64,000 nucleotides of DNA from IMG/VR virus record IMGVR_UViG_3300031539_004800; one strand, 5' to 3'. The notes under the pieces were generated by a model. It saw only the letters and a list, made by a program, of their open reading frames with translations. It did no database searches and was not told the origin of the DNA. The translations under genes and the position numbers were made by a program. Positions 1 to 9,964 of the stretch are shown here, one piece after another; positions within the stretch are counted from its first letter, which is position 1; each line of letters starts with the position of its first letter. Origin of the DNA: a virus.

Positions 1-2
1 TC

Positions 3-443
3 GGTTTCGCGTCTCACGTCTGGTATCTTGAGAACGTTCATGCCAAGGATTCCGGCGAGACAATTCCGTTGGCCAGCGTGGTCAATTCGCCGGAGTCTTT
101 TATTGCAAAAACAATGCGAGTGACTGCTTACTGTCCCTGTTCTAAATGCTGCAATAGCTGGGCCACAAAAGGCGTTAATAGCAAGGGGCAAAGAATCACG
201 GCATCAGGTCATGTTATCCGTCCGGGCGACAGGTTCTGTGCGGCGCCCAAGTCGATACCTTTCGGCACGATGATTGACATACCCGGCTACGGCAGAGTTC
301 CGGTACTGGATCGCGGTGGCGCTATCAAAGACGGCAAAATTGATGTTTTCTTTGGCGATTCTGGGGGCAAAACAGGACATCAACTCGCTCTTGAATGGGG
401 CGTTCGAAATGTTGTTGTTACCATAATAGGGAGTAAGCCATGA
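3..443 (+). CDS. 3D-domain (MltA-like) peptidoglycan hydrolase family protein, 5'-partial
   Basis: VTAYC...TASG...AAP..IPFGT.....GYG...VLDRGGAI...KIDVFF motifs; the 61944 copy shows the N-terminal TM segment lies upstream of the window. Confidence 0.85.
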   Translation, partial: GFASHVWYLENVHAKDSGETIPLASVVNSPESFIAKTMRVTAYCPCSKCCNSWATKGVNSKGQRITASGHVIRPGDRFCAAPKSIPFGTMIDIPGYGRVPVLDRGGAIKDGKIDVFFGDSGGKTGHQLALEWGVRNVVVTIIGSKP

Positions 444-547
444 AACGAATAATCGTTGCAGTGATTTGGATGATAATTGCGTATTTTATGCCCCGCAAAG
501 GCATGGCGGAAATCGAACGAAACGGAGTAAAGCATGAAGTGTTCTGA
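440..547 (+). CDS. Small hydrophobic peptide (35 aa)
   Basis: MKRIIVAVIWMIIAYFMPRKG; conserved in the second copy at 62397. Confidence 0.4.
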   Translation: MKRIIVAVIWMIIAYFMPRKGMAEIERNGVKHEVF

Positions 548-953
548 ATGTAAATATTGTTACAAAGAAGACGAGGACTGGTTTCAATGTCATAGAAATA
601 GCCCAAGGATCATTGAGAGTATGTGTGCCATAAAAGATACACAAAGATATGCTGATATGCTCGTAAATGATTGGCCTGATTTTGCTGTATGGCCACAGAT
701 AATGGAGAGCGATTGGTGTGGGGAATTTCAATCTAAAGATGACCCGCCCGAAGAAATGCTTTCACGCCCCGTGTCCTCTTTTTGTTTTTCTGTACGAGTA
801 AGTAATGTTCTTGAGAGGGAACATATAAATACTATTGGGCAATTGATCCAACTACGTTCACGGAAGTTGGGCGGCTATCGTGGCATTGGCGGGGTGGGAC
901 TTAGAGAAATAAAAAGAAAACTTGCTGATTCGGGATTATATTTGAAGAATTAA
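534..953 (+). CDS. Cys-rich N-terminus fused to RNA polymerase alpha-CTD-like domain
   Basis: C-terminal FSVRVSNVLEREHINTIGQLIQL...IGGVGLREIKRKL fits the alpha-CTD helix-hairpin-helix pattern. Confidence 0.65.
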   Translation: MKCSECKYCYKEDEDWFQCHRNSPRIIESMCAIKDTQRYADMLVNDWPDFAVWPQIMESDWCGEFQSKDDPPEEMLSRPVSSFCFSVRVSNVLEREHINTIGQLIQLRSRKLGGYRGIGGVGLREIKRKLADSGLYLKN

Positions 954-965
954 AAGGAGAGAGTC

Positions 966-1277
966 GTGTCGGTTAATTTAGATCGTTTTGCATGCGGATA
1001 TAATCCAACAACTCCTGATGAGGTTGGTGATTGCAATGCTTGTGGTTCGATGATTTACGATTACGAGCTTGATAAATGCGAGTCTTGCGATTTGCGGATT
1101 CATCATGGCTGCGCTGAAGTTTGTGACATCTGCGGATGCGTAGGCTGCAAGGGTTGTGTAAAGGAAGATCCGGAGGATGGGCTGCTGTATTGCGAAGCTT
1201 GCAGGCCCGAGCCGGAGAGTGATCGCCCAGCGACGTTGGTTGAGGTTGTGAGGGCGGCGACAGAGAAACTGTCATAG
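966..1277 (+). CDS. Cys-rich zinc-binding protein
   Basis: Multiple CxxC pairs; conserved homolog at 62490-62801. Confidence 0.7.
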   Translation: MSVNLDRFACGYNPTTPDEVGDCNACGSMIYDYELDKCESCDLRIHHGCAEVCDICGCVGCKGCVKEDPEDGLLYCEACRPEPESDRPATLVEVVRAATEKLS

Positions 1278-1286
1278 GAGTAGATC

Positions 1287-2222
1287 ATGCCAATTACAGA
1301 AGAAGAACGATTGAAGCGTAAGGGCTATATCGGTTCTTCTGATATGGCCGCAATTCTTGGATTTGACAAATACAAGAACGCCCACGACATTTGGTTAGAC
1401 AAGACAAATCGAACGAGCGATTTCGAGCCTAACGAAGCTATGCTGGCCGGGACGCTTTTTGAGCCGGGAGTGATTGACTGGGCGGAAAAGCAGCTCGGCC
1501 CATTGCGAAGAAACGTCGAACTGTTTTTGGAAGAGTTCCACTTGATAGATCATCTTGACGCCCAGATTATCAGTACGGACGATCCGGTCGAAGCTAAAAC
1601 GTCGGGACTGTTCGGGCCGCTTACTGACGGATGGGGTGAGGCCGGCTCGGACCATTTGCCTGACGGGATACTAATTCAATGCCACGTCCACATGATATGC
1701 ACCGACCGTAGCGTCTGTTACGTGCCCGCCTTCCTCGGAGGAAAGGGCTTCAATATGTACGAGGTCAAACGGGATCCGGTTATCAACGATGCGGTTCTGG
1801 AGGCGGCTTTGGATTTTTGGGATTGTGTTGAAAACGATACACCGCCAGAAAACATCACGCCAAGCCCCGAGTTTATTAAACGAATCAAACGTGTCCCCAA
1901 TAAGACCGTTGAGCTTGACGCCAAGCTGGTCAAGGAATATGAGGATGCAAAGGGCAAAGTTAAATGGGCAGAGGCCGTTCTTGAGGATGCCAGGTCTGCG
2001 ATGCTCACAGCGTTGGGTGACGCCGAGGCCGGCACGTTTGCTTTGGATGGCAAGCCTATGATGCTCACCTATTTCGAGCAATGCTCGCGTCTCATTGATG
2101 TAGAGAGACTTCGAAAGGAACTGCCGGAAATTGCAGCCAAGTACACGAAGATATCGAAGTGCCGTGATACGAGGCTGAAAAAAGTTAAAAGAGAATACAA
2201 CCTATCATCAATTAAATTGTAA
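1287..2222 (+). CDS. YqaJ-like viral recombinase / lambda-type exonuclease
   Basis: R.GYIGSSDMAAILG...G..FEP...LDAQ...VEAKT...QC..HM motifs; immediately upstream of Bet. Confidence 0.9.
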   Translation: MPITEEERLKRKGYIGSSDMAAILGFDKYKNAHDIWLDKTNRTSDFEPNEAMLAGTLFEPGVIDWAEKQLGPLRRNVELFLEEFHLIDHLDAQIISTDDPVEAKTSGLFGPLTDGWGEAGSDHLPDGILIQCHVHMICTDRSVCYVPAFLGGKGFNMYEVKRDPVINDAVLEAALDFWDCVENDTPPENITPSPEFIKRIKRVPNKTVELDAKLVKEYEDAKGKVKWAEAVLEDARSAMLTALGDAEAGTFALDGKPMMLTYFEQCSRLIDVERLRKELPEIAAKYTKISKCRDTRLKKVKREYNLSSIKL

Positions 2223-2232
2223 GGAGAAAATC

Positions 2233-4143
2233 ATGTCTAAAAAACAGCAAACAAACAATGTTCCTGATAAAGAGCAGGATAATTTGCCTATTATCGCGGG
2301 GCCTCGTTTGCCCTATCATCCGGCGATAGAGGAAAGGTTCGGAATTGACCGCTCTGGATGGAAAGCATTGGTCGAGGCAATCTTTCCAAACGCGCAGTCC
2401 ACTGAGTCGGTGGTTCTGGCATTGAGTTACTGCAAGGCTCGTAAACTGGACCCCTTCAAACGTTGCATCCATATCGTTCCTATTTGGGACAAACAAAGAC
2501 GATGCTATATTGATACCATTTGGCCGGGCATCGGCGAGGTTCGGACCACCGCCCACCGGACAAAAGACTATGCAGGTCGGGACAAAACAGAATTTGGCCC
2601 GATGCAGACGCAAACATGGGAGGGAGTGGACGAAAAGAAGGGCGCCTATAAGAAAACAGTGACATTCCCTGAATGGGCGCAAGTGACCCTCTATCGGATG
2701 CTCAAGGGCCACAGGGTGGCTTATGCCGGTCCGCAGGTTTTTTGGCTTGAAACTTATGGCGAGGACCGCAATGGCACTCCGAATAGTATGTGGCAGAAAC
2801 GGCCTCGCGGCCAGATTGACAAGTGTTTTGATTCCGAAACCCAAGTGTTGACGGACCAGGGCTTTCAGCCATTCGGTTTTGTTACGGGCCGGATCATGCA
2901 GGTTGTCGAAGGTCGATTGACGCCGACGGACGTCGTCCCATTTTCTCGGAAGTATGACGGCGAAATGATCGTCTGTGACGGCAATGCGCTGAATTTCTGC
3001 GTGACGCCGAATCACGACATGATTACGACCATCGGAAAGATCTCGGCGCGGGACGTGTTCGAGCGCAGCACATCATCCGGCGGCCACGTGATTCCACTGT
3101 CGATCACCGGTTCCACTGAGGATGCAGAATTCAGCGACCAGCAGATTATTTTGGCAGCAGCGATCGTTTGTGATGGGTATCGACATGCAAACGAAATCCA
3201 GATCGGCGTCAGTCGTCAACGGAAGGTGTCCGAGATTGAATCTCTGGGAATGCACCACGGAAAACAAATCCGGCGGTGCGCAGGAGATTCGGTTGAAGCG
3301 TCCGGTCGGGTCATTGTCACCCGATTCGATAAGACGATTTTCCGGTTTTCGTTCGGTGCGACCGGCGGGTTGACGACTGAAAGTGGTGACCTGAGCCGAG
3401 ATGCCGTTCTGACAATGAGCCGTCGCCAGGCGCGGTTGCTTGTCGATTCAATGATTGGATTTGATGGCTGCACATCAAAAACGGCGCGCCGTTTTTATTC
3501 GTCAAGTCCGCAGACGCTGGGGGTATTCGAGCTTGCAGCCTGCATTGCGGGCTATTCAGTGAGCAGCCGAAAGGAACGCACGTCGGATATTGGCGGTCCA
3601 AATTGGTGCATCACCGTGAGTAGCAAGGAGCAAATCAAGATGCTCCGTACCAGCCAAAGCCAGGGCCGACTGAAGGGCGGTCTTTTGATCCGCGACAATA
3701 CAGACGGATATGTGTGGTGTTGTCGTGTCCCGAGTGGAGTATTGGTCGTCAGACGTCGCGGACTGTCCATGCTCTGCGGCAACTGTGCGGAGGCGGCTGC
3801 GCTAAGGGCTGCTTTCCCGGAAGAGGTCGGTAATGATTATATCGATGCTGAGGCTCATTTAAGCAGAAATGTTGAGTCCAGGGAAGTCGAGACAGACACA
3901 AAATCCGGCGTCAACGCACTTAAAGAGCGTCTGCAGGAACGACAGCAAGCACAGAATGGCGGTAACGGTGATTCTAAGCCTGAGACTGAGCCAACGGAAC
4001 CGGAAACTGCCGAAGATGATAACGAAGGCCAGGGCGATCCCGAGCCGGTCGATCCCGAGCTGCGAGACGAAGAGACAAACAAGAAAGTCGCCGAGCAAAA
4101 GGAAAGGCTCCAAACCGCCGGCGCGAAGAGCAACCTATTTTGA
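2233..4143 (+). CDS. bet: Bet/RecT single-strand annealing protein containing an intein
   Basis: LSYCKARKLDPFKRCIHIVP...GIGEVRTTAHRT...MWQKRPRGQIDK|C..AEAAALRAAFPEE, interrupted by an intein; acidic tail. Confidence 0.85.
   Translation: MSKKQQTNNVPDKEQDNLPIIAGPRLPYHPAIEERFGIDRSGWKALVEAIFPNAQSTESVVLALSYCKARKLDPFKRCIHIVPIWDKQRRCYIDTIWPGIGEVRTTAHRTKDYAGRDKTEFGPMQTQTWEGVDEKKGAYKKTVTFPEWAQVTLYRMLKGHRVAYAGPQVFWLETYGEDRNGTPNSMWQKRPRGQIDKCFDSETQVLTDQGFQPFGFVTGRIMQVVEGRLTPTDVVPFSRKYDGEMIVCDGNALNFCVTPNHDMITTIGKISARDVFERSTSSGGHVIPLSITGSTEDAEFSDQQIILAAAIVCDGYRHANEIQIGVSRQRKVSEIESLGMHHGKQIRRCAGDSVEASGRVIVTRFDKTIFRFSFGATGGLTTESGDLSRDAVLTMSRRQARLLVDSMIGFDGCTSKTARRFYSSSPQTLGVFELAACIAGYSVSSRKERTSDIGGPNWCITVSSKEQIKMLRTSQSQGRLKGGLLIRDNTDGYVWCCRVPSGVLVVRRRGLSMLCGNCAEAAALRAAFPEEVGNDYIDAEAHLSRNVESREVETDTKSGVNALKERLQERQQAQNGGNGDSKPETEPTEPETAEDDNEGQGDPEPVDPELRDEETNKKVAEQKERLQTAGAKSNLF
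2824..3783 (+). mobile_element. Intein (320 aa) with probable degenerate LAGLIDADG endonuclease
   Basis: Starts CFDSETQVLT, ends VWCCRVPSGVLVVRRRGLSMLCGN followed by Cys+1; internal AAAIVCDG and DSMIGFDG blocks. Confidence 0.9.
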
Positions 4144-4379
4144 ATGAATTGCATGGACAAAGAATAAAAGGGAGCAGGTATTTTAGGGCCTATTGTCGGA
4201 GTTGTGGTGAACCTATGAGAGTGACTAATCCTTTTGATGAAAATAATAAGCCAAGACGGTTTTACTGTGAAGAATGTGGGGATAGAAAGCATATTGGCGT
4301 ATCAAGTCCACCTTCACCATTAGACAATCCCGATGAGTATTCAAGTTCGTGGAAAATAGCAAGTGGCATTGAAAATTAA
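4140..4379 (+). CDS. Hypothetical zinc-ribbon protein
   Basis: CxxC...CxxC; overlaps the bet stop codon. Confidence 0.55.
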   Translation: MNELHGQRIKGSRYFRAYCRSCGEPMRVTNPFDENNKPRRFYCEECGDRKHIGVSSPPSPLDNPDEYSSSWKIASGIEN

Positions 4380-4638
4380 AGAAAAGAAAGTGAGGAACAA
4401 AATGTTCGAAGATACAACAATTAAGTTTTCAAAAGAAACGGCAATGCTCATGATGTCGCGGAATCTGAGTGACATGTTTAAGATACCCCTTGAAGTCACT
4501 GCTATGGATATGAGCTACAGTGGACTGGAAGTCAAGTTTGGCCCACCGAAAGAAAAGGCTCCAGAAAAGCCGCAACCGGCGTCGCCAGAAGTTCAGCCCA
4601 AGCCGGAATCAGAGCAAGAGGAGCCGGACGAGGACTAA
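4363..4638 (+). CDS. Hypothetical protein
   Basis: ORF in operon order; likely start at 4402 after GAGGA. Confidence 0.5.
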   Translation: MALKIKEKKVRNKMFEDTTIKFSKETAMLMMSRNLSDMFKIPLEVTAMDMSYSGLEVKFGPPKEKAPEKPQPASPEVQPKPESEQEEPDED

Positions 4639-4746
4639 TGCCTGCAATCGAACCTGTTTTAAGACATCTAATTTTGCCCAGGGGCCGCCAGCGATAGTCA
4701 CGGACGACAGGTGGCAGCCCCGCTTTTTGGATAAGAAGGTATCGGA

Positions 4747-5673
4747 ATGATTGAAATCGAATCCCTAAAAGAAAGTGACGTCGGACGGTGGGTTGAATAC
4801 TGCCCGGCTTTCGGAAAACGTCAAAAGGGCCGCATAAAATCTTGGAATAACAAGTTTGTTTTTGTTGTGTATCACTGTGACGACAATTGGAACGATTATC
4901 AAAATTACACAGCAGCGGCAACCCTTCCAGACGCACTAAGTTTTCAACAGAAAGGAAATCAGAAAATGAATGATACGCAAGCAAAAATTATTGAATTGCT
5001 GAGAAGCACGCACCGTGACGGTATCGAATCGCTGATTGATTATCTGAAAGACGAGGGCTTTTTTGAAGCCCCTGCATCGACAAGATTTCACGGCAGCTAT
5101 GCGGGAGGGCTGGCATTTCACAGCTTACGGGTTTGTGAGTTGGTTTGTGAATTTGTCGCAAAGTTTAGTCCAAGCAAAAAAGTAGGTTATGGACAAATGC
5201 CAATCAAGATAAAGCTGGAGAATATCATCATTGCCTGCTTGTTGCACGACATCTGCAAGATTGGGGCCTATGTAAGAACCAAGGCCGACGATGGATGGGC
5301 AAACAACCGCGATAAAGAAAAAGGGCACGCAAAACTAACGATTGCCCGGATCAAAAAGTTCATCGAGCTTGAGAAGCTTGAGGAAATGATGATTAAGTTC
5401 CACATGGGGATCTATGGTCTCAAGGAGTTCCAAGACAAAAAGGACGATCCAAATGGCGAATACCCGCTTCGAGGAGACCATTCGAAAGATCCAAAGGATA
5501 TGACAAAAGGTCAAAAGGCCGCCAGCCAGAAATCGCGCTACGGTAAGTCCTTGGCTAATGCTTACTATCATAATCCTGTATGTAAATTGATGTCTATCGC
5601 CGACGAATTGGCTACGTTTGAGGAAAAAGCAGAAATGTTGAAAGGAGAAAATCATGAGCACGCAAAACTTTGA
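4747..5673 (+). CDS. HD-domain phosphohydrolase (internal start with RBS at 4966)
   Basis: FFEAPASTRFHGSYAGGLAFHSLRV...LLHDICKIG...FHMG...ADELA. Confidence 0.85.
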   Translation: MIEIESLKESDVGRWVEYCPAFGKRQKGRIKSWNNKFVFVVYHCDDNWNDYQNYTAAATLPDALSFQQKGNQKMNDTQAKIIELLRSTHRDGIESLIDYLKDEGFFEAPASTRFHGSYAGGLAFHSLRVCELVCEFVAKFSPSKKVGYGQMPIKIKLENIIIACLLHDICKIGAYVRTKADDGWANNRDKEKGHAKLTIARIKKFIELEKLEEMMIKFHMGIYGLKEFQDKKDDPNGEYPLRGDHSKDPKDMTKGQKAASQKSRYGKSLANAYYHNPVCKLMSIADELATFEEKAEMLKGENHEHAKL

Positions 5674-5789
5674 AAAATTAGCAGACAAACTGCTCTCAGC
5701 TTATGCCCGGCACCGAGAAGAAACAGGGGGGACGGTTGGTGTTCGCGACGTTTTTGTGGAAGTGCTTAAAAATGAATTAGGAGAAAATC

Positions 5790-7469
5790 ATGCAGTTGAA
5801 AAATCTTAAAATCAAAAACTTTGTCGGTCTGCCGGCAGCCGACATTGAGTTTGACAGGCCGGTGTCCCTGTTTGTGGGAAAGAACAACCAGGGCAAATCG
5901 TCTATCCGTGACGCTATACAGTTTGCTTTGACAGGCAAGTGCCGCGCTATGAGTAAATTCAACGAGGCGCGCAACCTGTCTCGTGGCGACAACGGCATGC
6001 TGGTTGAGCTTGATATGGTCGATAAGGAAACGGGGGAAATCAATTCGATCAGGCGAACAATCAGCACGCCGGGCGGATCTGATGCAAAGTCATTGCTTCG
6101 ATACTGCCTGAATCCCCACGAATTCATTGCGTTGCCCGCCAAAGAGCGGGGCAAGGTCCTCGCCGAGGTTCTTGGCGGCGGACTGAAAGATGTTATCAGG
6201 ACGGCCATCGCTTTGCAGATCGGCGATATCAATGAATCGCTGCTTGCAGAGATAAAGGCGAGCGGTGTTGATGTTCTCGACGTGGACGCATTCAGGAACG
6301 AGGTTGTCGAGAGCAGGCGTGCGATCAAAAGGACAAAGAAGGAGCTGCCCGACAAGCAACCGCTTCTCGGCGACTATGGGCTTGAGAATGGTTACGCCGT
6401 TGCCGAGGACGAAAAAGCCATCAAAATTCTCGGAGACAGGATCGCCAAAGGCGGCGAGATCATCGCAGAGGCCAAAAAGCAGCTCGAAATCAAAGCCGAC
6501 TTAATGGTTACGGAAAAGAAAATCGATGAACTCAAAGGCCAAATCAAGAAGGTGCCGAATTTGCCACCGGGCATTTCCGCCGACGAGATCACGATGGCGA
6601 GCGTGTATTGCAACCTTATCGAATCGCTTCTACTAAAGGAAAACGGGCGAGCTAACATCAAGTGCCCGTTATGTGAAGGGGCAAGGAAACGGGATTCGTT
6701 CACAATTCGCCACAAACAGCTCGAAGAATGGCTCGAAAAATATCACGGCAGGCTGATTGACCGCGATGAGATCGTAAGACAGAACGCGGCCTGCGAATCG
6801 GCGATGGCCACACTCGAAGAACGCCGCAAGGAATTGAATCAGAAGTTCAAGGGGGTTGAATACAAAGAAGGTTCGGAAGATCTGCTCAAAAATCTCACAG
6901 AGCAGCGGGGCGTCCTGCAAGCCAATATCGCAAACTACCGAAGGTTCAAGACGGCCGAAGCTGAGTTTGAGCAGGCCGGGAAGAATGCGGTGAAGCTTGA
7001 TGAGCTGATTGAAGAATGCGACCGCATCGATGAGGCGTTGAAAAACGGCGGGCCTGTCAAGTCGGCGATAGCCGCGGGCGGACGCAAGCTGCCGATCAAC
7101 GAAAACCTGCTGAGGCTATGGAATATGCCGACACTGACATGGAGTGACAATGGAGAGATATCACTGGTACCGGAGGGCGTCTCAAAACATGTCTCCATCG
7201 AATACGCAAGTGCATCCGAGCAGTACAGGGCAGGTTGCGTTATGGCTATGGCTCTGGCAGAGATTTCCGGCGTTGGCATCGCGGCCCTGGACGGCTTCGA
7301 GATTCTTGTTTCAGACAATGCAAATGCTTTCTTCGAGGCGGTGAATGAGTGCAACATCAAGAACGTGCTGGTTTTCGCCAGTAATGACAAAGATTATTCA
7401 GAGGCAAATACGCCAGACTGGCTGCGGGTGTTCCAGGTGGTTAAGGGGAAAGTCACGAGGACGTCATGA
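5790..7469 (+). CDS. SMC/SbcC/Rad50-like ATPase
   Basis: Walker A GKNNQGKSS, long coiled coil, CPLC hook, C-terminal S.SE signature and ALDGFE Walker B. Confidence 0.8.
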   Translation: MQLKNLKIKNFVGLPAADIEFDRPVSLFVGKNNQGKSSIRDAIQFALTGKCRAMSKFNEARNLSRGDNGMLVELDMVDKETGEINSIRRTISTPGGSDAKSLLRYCLNPHEFIALPAKERGKVLAEVLGGGLKDVIRTAIALQIGDINESLLAEIKASGVDVLDVDAFRNEVVESRRAIKRTKKELPDKQPLLGDYGLENGYAVAEDEKAIKILGDRIAKGGEIIAEAKKQLEIKADLMVTEKKIDELKGQIKKVPNLPPGISADEITMASVYCNLIESLLLKENGRANIKCPLCEGARKRDSFTIRHKQLEEWLEKYHGRLIDRDEIVRQNAACESAMATLEERRKELNQKFKGVEYKEGSEDLLKNLTEQRGVLQANIANYRRFKTAEAEFEQAGKNAVKLDELIEECDRIDEALKNGGPVKSAIAAGGRKLPINENLLRLWNMPTLTWSDNGEISLVPEGVSKHVSIEYASASEQYRAGCVMAMALAEISGVGIAALDGFEILVSDNANAFFEAVNECNIKNVLVFASNDKDYSEANTPDWLRVFQVVKGKVTRTS

Positions 7470-7582
7470 TTTTCTCCATAGGCGGGCGGTCTTTTGTGTC
7501 AGCTTATGGCCGCCCTGCCTTATTTTTGAAAAGTAATAAGGATTATGGGTTTTGAACAACTCAAAAAGGCTGCCAAAGAATC

Positions 7583-7786
7583 GTGTGTGACGAAATTGAA
7601 AAGAAACGAGCAATATTACGGTTACAAAACTCAGAAATATATCCTCATAGAATTCTGGTGAAAGTGACCTGTGCATCGTGTGACAGAAAGATAAGTATTA
7701 TGCACGCTTATAAATGTTATTTTTGTAGGCTTTGGTTTTGCTGGACTTGTTCTGGTCCACATTTTAAGAAACCTGAAATTCGTTGA
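7583..7786 (+). CDS. Small zinc-finger protein
   Basis: CASC...CYFCRLWFCWTC. Confidence 0.5.
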   Translation: MCDEIEKKRAILRLQNSEIYPHRILVKVTCASCDRKISIMHAYKCYFCRLWFCWTCSGPHFKKPEIR

Positions 7787-7937
7787 CAAGTGAATAACCG
7801 GCAAGGGGCGGCAGATTGCGAAGAGCGGAATACCGTATTGACTGTACGGTGGGTGCATGCAATCCCAGTGAGCTGATTTCGTCACAGTAAAGCTAAATCC
7901 TCACCGCCCCAAGCTGGTTTTTAAGGATAATCACATA

Positions 7938-8159
7938 TTGAAAGGAGTTGCATACATGGGCATGATTAGTATCAAAATGATGGGTTCGTTCCCCGAAAAG
8001 AATTTCAATACTTCCGCAGTAAACGGAGGCCACGTTTGTGCCATAAAACGAAGCATTGAGTTTCTTGCAGAACAACTCGGCAAAGCAGTAGTAAAAGACG
8101 CAAAGTGTACAGTGGGCGGTGTTTCTCCACCAAATTCTCCATTAGGTTTTGATGAATAG
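7938..8159 (+). CDS. Hypothetical protein
   Basis: ORF with AAGGAG RBS before the Met at ~7956. Confidence 0.45.
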   Translation: MKGVAYMGMISIKMMGSFPEKNFNTSAVNGGHVCAIKRSIEFLAEQLGKAVVKDAKCTVGGVSPPNSPLGFDE

Positions 8160-8214
8160 TTCCGGCTTTGCTCATGGATGGGCTTAACCGAGCTTTGAAG
8201 CAGGCGGCGAATGA

Positions 8215-8736
8215 GTGGAGTCAAATATGAATCAGCTTAATCTTTTTGATACAGAGCAAACAAGTCACTGCTCGCGGTGCGGGGCCCGGTGCAAGGTCGA
8301 TCCTGTTGCCGGGTCGAAGGCTGAAATGCTCAAGCGCGGCAAGTCGCCGAAGGGGCTGTGTATAAATTGTGCCGTGCACGATTTCCTTCGCAATACGTAT
8401 CCTGTGAATCTTCTTCTGGCCCAATCGGGGCCGAAGAGTTTGGCCTTTCCTCATATCCAGGAGCAATTCGCCGGGATTATGAAATCGAGATGCAGCGATG
8501 CCGTGCCAGACGAGATCGGCTGGCAGGCTATAATCGATAACTGGAATTTGCCTTTCCCGAACAAACTAAAATCATCGGCAGTCAATCCGGTCGATCAGGC
8601 GGAGCTGGACCGGGCAGCTAAAAATGGCGTACCTGTTTACGGGCTTAGTATAAATGAGCAAATCGAAGAGCAAAGATGTAGAGCAAAAGAAGGGCTAAAG
8701 AAGATATTCCCCAATGAAGAGTTTGAAATTTTATGA
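8215..8736 (+). CDS. Hypothetical zinc-binding protein
   Basis: CSRC...CINC; operon context. Confidence 0.55.
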   Translation: MESNMNQLNLFDTEQTSHCSRCGARCKVDPVAGSKAEMLKRGKSPKGLCINCAVHDFLRNTYPVNLLLAQSGPKSLAFPHIQEQFAGIMKSRCSDAVPDEIGWQAIIDNWNLPFPNKLKSSAVNPVDQAELDRAAKNGVPVYGLSINEQIEEQRCRAKEGLKKIFPNEEFEIL

Positions 8737-9050
8737 AAATATTTAAGCAAATCATAGCGACAGGGCACGAATGGCAGCCGTGTATCTATTGTGATAAGCG
8801 GTTTGTGTTCGGCGAGATCATAACGGCCATATCGAACGATTCCGGCCATGATTGTCGCTGTTGGTACTGTGCCGAATGTTTCGAGCGGTTCTGGTTTGCC
8901 CCGTTTCCGGTTCCTGTCGAACGCGATGATAATTTTTGCATGGTTGTTATTGAGGATGGCAAGATGCGGGTTTGTCCGAAACCAATGAGCCCCGCAGAAT
9001 ACTTGGTAAGAAAAACAGTTTCAGGATTCTCTGAAATAATAAGACGTTAA
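8733..9050 (+). CDS. Hypothetical protein
   Basis: ATGA overlap coupling; CIYC and CAEC motifs. Confidence 0.55.
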   Translation: MKIFKQIIATGHEWQPCIYCDKRFVFGEIITAISNDSGHDCRCWYCAECFERFWFAPFPVPVERDDNFCMVVIEDGKMRVCPKPMSPAEYLVRKTVSGFSEIIRR

Positions 9051-9065
9051 AAGAGCAAGGAAGCA

Positions 9066-9953
9066 ATGGGAGCGTATAGAGGAAACGCAGACGTGGTCAT
9101 GGCGGACGCCGAAAGGATCGTCGAACGGCTTGAAACTACCAATGTTACCTTAATCGCACTCACGCAAGAATATCATTGCGCGTACTCTACGATTATGAGG
9201 GCTATCTATACGCGGATGTCGAAGGGGCAATACAGGCAAATCGCTGTAAGAAAATTAGTTAAGGGCAGCGAGTCAACGCAATTCAAAAAGGGACGCGAGA
9301 CGTGGAATAAGAACATGAAGGGGATGCACCTTTCGCGGGCAACCGAGTTCCACAAAGGCCACTTGCCGACAAATCATAAACACACAGGAGCAATCTCTAT
9401 CCGCAACGATAAGTGCGGCAAGCAATCCAGATGGATAAAGGTCTCAGGGGTCATACAGGGAAAGCATAAATGGATACCTTGTGCCCGATATCTTTGGGAA
9501 AAGGAAAACGGCCCCATCCCCGACGGCAAAATTGTAGCCCACACAAACGGCGACACGATGGATGATCGTCCAAAGAACCTGATATTGATTGACCGCCACG
9601 GCCTTATTAACCTGATGCGAAAGAACAATCCGGAGCACAGAAAGAAAGCAATCCGCAATCTCAAAAAGACCTGCAGGCGCCATCGGTTAGAGCGGGCAAA
9701 AAAGCAGCGCTTTCAGCTTAAACTTAAAAAGAGAAACGAAAAACAGGAGGCCGAGGACCGCAGGCACCGGGGGATTGCAGAGGCAGAGATAATCAAGCTG
9801 AGAGGTCCGGTTATTTCATGGTACGAGTGTAGGGGTTGCGGCTATGAAATGTCTCCGCCCAGGCCGCCCTGTCCGAAGTGCGGGCACCTGGTTTTCGAGG
9901 AAATAGAACAACCAGTCGAGTACGCGAGACGTTATGCAGCAATGAACGAATAA
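9066..9953 (+). CDS. HNH endonuclease with NUMOD-like N-terminal repeats
   Basis: TQFKKG, TEFHKGHLP, RYLWEKENGPIPDGKIVAHTNGDTMDDRPKNL. Confidence 0.8.
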   Translation: MGAYRGNADVVMADAERIVERLETTNVTLIALTQEYHCAYSTIMRAIYTRMSKGQYRQIAVRKLVKGSESTQFKKGRETWNKNMKGMHLSRATEFHKGHLPTNHKHTGAISIRNDKCGKQSRWIKVSGVIQGKHKWIPCARYLWEKENGPIPDGKIVAHTNGDTMDDRPKNLILIDRHGLINLMRKNNPEHRKKAIRNLKKTCRRHRLERAKKQRFQLKLKKRNEKQEAEDRRHRGIAEAEIIKLRGPVISWYECRGCGYEMSPPRPPCPKCGHLVFEEIEQPVEYARRYAAMNE

Positions 9954-9964
9954 GCAGGGAAGCT

